Below are positions 61,401 through 64,000 of a stretch of 64,000 bases of DNA, piece by piece. The DNA lies in the NCBI GenBank assembly GCA_964016885.1, contig OZ024743.1, forward strand, positions 133,982,001 to 134,046,000. Direction: 5' to 3'. Below the pieces are notes generated by a model. It did no database searches and had not been told where the DNA came from. It saw only the letters and a program-made list of their open reading frames with translations. Each line of letters opens with the position of its first letter. The stretch's first letter is position 1. This DNA comes from Eledone cirrhosa. Taxonomy: Eukaryota. The position numbers and the translations under genes are program-made.

Positions 61401-64000
61401 GGTGTTTGGTGTTTGCTGCTTGGTGTTTGGTGCTTGGTGCTTGGTGTTTGGTGTTTTGAGTTTGGTGCTTGGTGCTTGGTGTTTGGTGCTTTGTGCTTGG
61501 TGCTTGGTGCTTTTACTTGGTGCTTGGTGCTTGGTGTTTGGTTCTTGGTTCTTGGTGTTTGGTACTTGGTGCTTGGTGCTTGGTGTTTGGTGCTTGGTGT
61601 TTGGTGCTTGTTGCTTGGTGTTTGGTGCTTGGTGTTTGGTGTTTGGTGCTTGGTGCTTGGTGTTTGGTGTTTGGTGTTTGGTGTTTGCTGTTTGGTGTTT
61701 GGTGTTTGCTGTTTGCTGTTTGGTGTCTGCTTTTTGGTGTTTGGTGTTTGCTGTATGGTGTTTGCTGTTTTGGTGTTTGGTGTTTGCTGTTTGGTGTTTG
61801 GTCTTTGGTGCTTGGTCTTTGGTGTTTGGTGCTTGGTGCTTGGTGCTTGGTGTTTGGTGTTTGGTGCTTGGTGTCTGGTGCTTGGTGTTTGGTGTTTGGT
61901 GCTTGGTGTTTGGTGTTTGGTGTTTGGTGCTTGGTGCTTGGTGTTTGGTGTTTGGTGCTTGGTGTTTGGTGTTTGGTGCTTGTTGCTTGGTGCTTGGTGC
62001 TTGGTGTTTGGTGCTTGGTGCTTGGTGTTTGGTGCTGGGTGCTGGGTGCTTGGTGTTTGGTGCTTGGTGCTTGGTGCTTGGTGTTTGGTGCTTGGTGCTT
62101 TGTGCTTGGTCTTTGGTGCTTGGTGTTTGCTGTTTGGTGCTTGGTGCTTGGTGCTTGGTGTTTGGTGCTTGGTGATTAGTGTTTGGTGCTTGGTACTTGG
62201 TGTTTGGTGCTTGCTGTTTGGTGTTTGCTGTTTGGTGTTTGGTGTTTGGTGTTTGCTGTTTGGTGTCTGCTTTTTGGTGTTTGGTGTTTGCTGTATGGTG
62301 TCTGCTGTTTCGTGTTTGGTGTTTGCTGTTTGGTGTTTGGTGCTTGGTGCTTGGTGTTTGGTGCTTGGTGCTTGGTGCTCGGTGGTTGGTGTTTGGTGCT
62401 TGGTGTTTGGTGCTGGGTGCTTGGTGTTTGGTGCTTGGTGCTTGGTGTTTGGTGCTTGGTGTTTGGTGTTTGGTGCTTGGTGCTTGGTGTTTGGTGCTTG
62501 GTGCTTGGTGTTTGGTGCTTGGTGCTTAGTGTTTGGTGCTAGGTGCTTGGGGTTTGGTGTTTGGTGCTTGGTGTTTGGTGCTTGGTGCTTGGTGTTTGGT
62601 GTTTGGTGTTCGGTGCTTGGTGCTTGGTATTTGGTGTTTGATGTTTGCTGTTTGGTGTTTGTTGTTTGGTGTTTGTTGTTTGGTGTTTGCTGTTTGGTGT
62701 TTGGTGTTTGGTGTTTGCTGTTTGGTGTCTGCTTTTTGGTGTTTGGTGTTTGCTGTATGTTGTTTGCTGTTTGGTGTTTGGTGTTTGGTATTTGGTGTTT
62801 GGTGCTTGGTGCTTGGTGTTTGGTGCTTGGATCTTGGTGCTTGGTGCCTGGTGTTTGGTGTTTATTGCTTGTTGCTTGGTGCTTGGTGCTTGGTGTTTGG
62901 TGTTTGGTGCTTGGGGTTTGGTGCTGGGTGCTTGGTGTTTGGTGCATGGTGCTTGGTGCTTGGTGTTTGGTGTTATATGCTTGGTGTTTGATGCTTGGTG
63001 CTTGGTGCTTGGTGTTTGGTGTTTGGTGCTTGGTGTTTGATGCTTGGTGTTTGATGCTTGGTGCTTGGTGCTTGGTGTTTGTTGCTTGGTGCTTGGTGTT
63101 TGTACTTGGTGCTTGGTGCTTGGTTCTTGGTGTTTGGTGCTTGGTGCTTGGTGCTTTGTGTTTGGTGCTTGGTGCCTGCTGCTTGGTGCTTGGTGTTTGG
63201 TGTTTGGTGTTTGGTGCTTGGTGTTAGGTGTTTGGTGCTTGGTGCTTGGTGTTTGGTGCTTGGTGCTTGGTGTTTGGTGTTTGGTGCTTGGTGTTTGGTG
63301 CTTGGTACTTGGTGCTTGGTGCTTGGTGTTAGGTGTATGGTGCTTGATGCTTGGTGTTTGGTTTTTGGTGCTTGGTGCTTGGTGTTTGGTGTTTGGTGCT
63401 TGCTGCTGGCTGCTTGGTGCTTGGTGATTGGTGCTTGGTGTTTGGTGCTTGGTGTTTGGTGTTTGGTGCTAGGTGCTTGGTGCTTGGTGTTTGGTGCTTG
63501 GTGCTTGGTGTTTGGTGTTTGGTGTTTGGTGCTTGGTGCTTGGTGTTTGGTGCTTGGTGCTTGGTGCTGGGTGGTTGGTGTTTGGTGCTTGGTGTTTGGT
63601 GCTGGGTGCTTGGTGTTTGGTGCTTGGTGCTTGGTGTTTGGTGCTTGGTGTTTGGTGTTTGGTGCTTGGTGCTTGGTGTTTGGTGCTTGGTGCTTGGTGT
63701 TTGGTGCTTGGTGCTTAGTGTTTGGTGCTAGGTGCTTGGGGTTTGGTGTTTGGTGCTTGGTGTTTGGTGCTTGGTGCATGGTGTTTGGTGCTGGGTGCTT
63801 GGTGTTTGGTGCTTGGTGTTTGGTGCTTGGTGCTTGGTGTTTGGTGTTTGGTGTTTGATGCTTGGTGCTTGGTGCTTGGTGTTTGGTGCTTGGTGTTTGT
63901 ACTTGGTGCTTGGTGCTTGGTGTTTTGTGCTTAGTTCTTGGTGTTTGGTGTTTGGTGCTTGGTGCTTGGTGCTTGGTGTTAGGTGTTTGGTGCTTGGTGC
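44776..64000 (+). repeat. Largest higher-order unit: copy A ~44776-54503 (9728 bp), copy B ~54504-63770 (9267 bp), and the start of a third copy running to the window end
   Basis: ORF pairs 44867/54595 (9728); 45412/55119 and 46097/55804 (9707); 47288/56555, 48888/58155, 51320/60587, 53791/63058 and 54455/63722 (all 9267). The GCATGGTGTTTGGTGCTGGG anchor has its C at 44782, 54510 and 63777. Confidence 0.92.
49150..53970 (+). repeat. ~2.4 kb tandem duplication nested inside the 9.3 kb unit (repeated at ~58.4-63.2 kb)
   Basis: ORF pairs 49816/52202, 50526/52912, 50880/53266 and 51391/53777 give offset 2386; 49270/51712 gives 2442. Markers GCTCGGTGG and GGATCTTGG are doubled. Confidence 0.88.

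Larger units (their letters stand above)
1..64000 (+). repeat. Heptamer tandem satellite array (TTGGTGY)n, about 9,100 units (64000/7), open at both window ends
   Basis: Every line consists of TTGGTGC/TTGGTGT units or single-base variants (TTGCTGT, TTGATGC, TTGGTAC, TTGGTTC, TTGGAGC, TAGGTGY, TTAGTGY, TTCGTGT). The plus strand is almost entirely G/T with very few A. No inversion or unique insert was seen. Confidence 0.99.

Noticed and set aside
311-62765. Recurring cassette separated by variable sequence, superficially CRISPR-like
   Set aside because: The intervening sequence is the same heptamer repeat, spacing is irregular and kb-scale, and there are no unique spacers, palindromic repeat or cas genes.
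4-63934. Hundreds of long overlapping ORFs (W/C/L/V/G-rich on plus; T/K/H/Q/P-rich on minus) resembling membrane or mucin-like proteins
   Set aside because: They occur equally in all frames, have no unique domain, lack codon-position bias, and follow directly from a stop-free heptamer. They are not called as CDS.
1-64000. Similarity to cyanobacterial heptameric STRR repeats (e.g. TTGGTCA units at ~26329, 28230)
   Set aside because: TTGGTCA is only a rare variant here. STRR tracts are short and lie among genes, unlike a gene-free 64-kb array.
1-64000. Canonical telomere repeat (TTAGGG/TTTAGGG/TTAGG) or strong G-quadruplex array
   Set aside because: The consensus has only GG runs. TTAGG and GGGG occur only as sporadic variants, so at most weak two-tier G4 potential exists.
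1-64000. Sequencing or basecalling artefact, or synthetic low-complexity sequence
   Set aside because: Rare variants recur in the same order in duplicated blocks with graded divergence and in-phase indels, which fits real evolutionary history. Exact copy numbers still need read-level confirmation.
44776-64000. Long direct repeats read as LTRs or a mobile element
   Set aside because: The repeats are made entirely of the satellite and are adjacent in tandem, with no coding region, primer-binding site, terminal inverted repeats or target-site duplication.

Overview
The whole 64-kb window is one uninterrupted, single-orientation tandem array of a 7-bp unit, consensus TTGGTGY (TTGGTGC and TTGGTGT interspersed in roughly similar amounts; minus strand RCACCAA). 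The array runs off both ends of the window. I found no unique sequence, credible protein-coding gene, RNA gene, transposon or CRISPR array. All ORFs in the track arise because the heptamer has no stop codon in any frame (WCLV[L/F]G[A/V] on plus, [S/N]TKHQ[A/T]P on minus). The information lies in the variant pattern. Rare point variants and the C/T order at position 7 reveal a nested higher-order structure: a 104-bp module, a recurring ~150-bp TTGCTGT-rich landmark cassette (about 50 copies), and duplicated blocks of about 307, 350, 629, 1399, 1558, 2386, 2810-3116, 4237, 5850-5950, 6870-7920 and 9267-9728 bp. Offsets were read from matching ORF coordinates and spot-checked against marker variants; block boundaries are approximate. 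The most likely identity is a eukaryotic satellite or telomere-like/subtelomeric array amplified by recombination. The organism and chromosomal position cannot be determined from this window.
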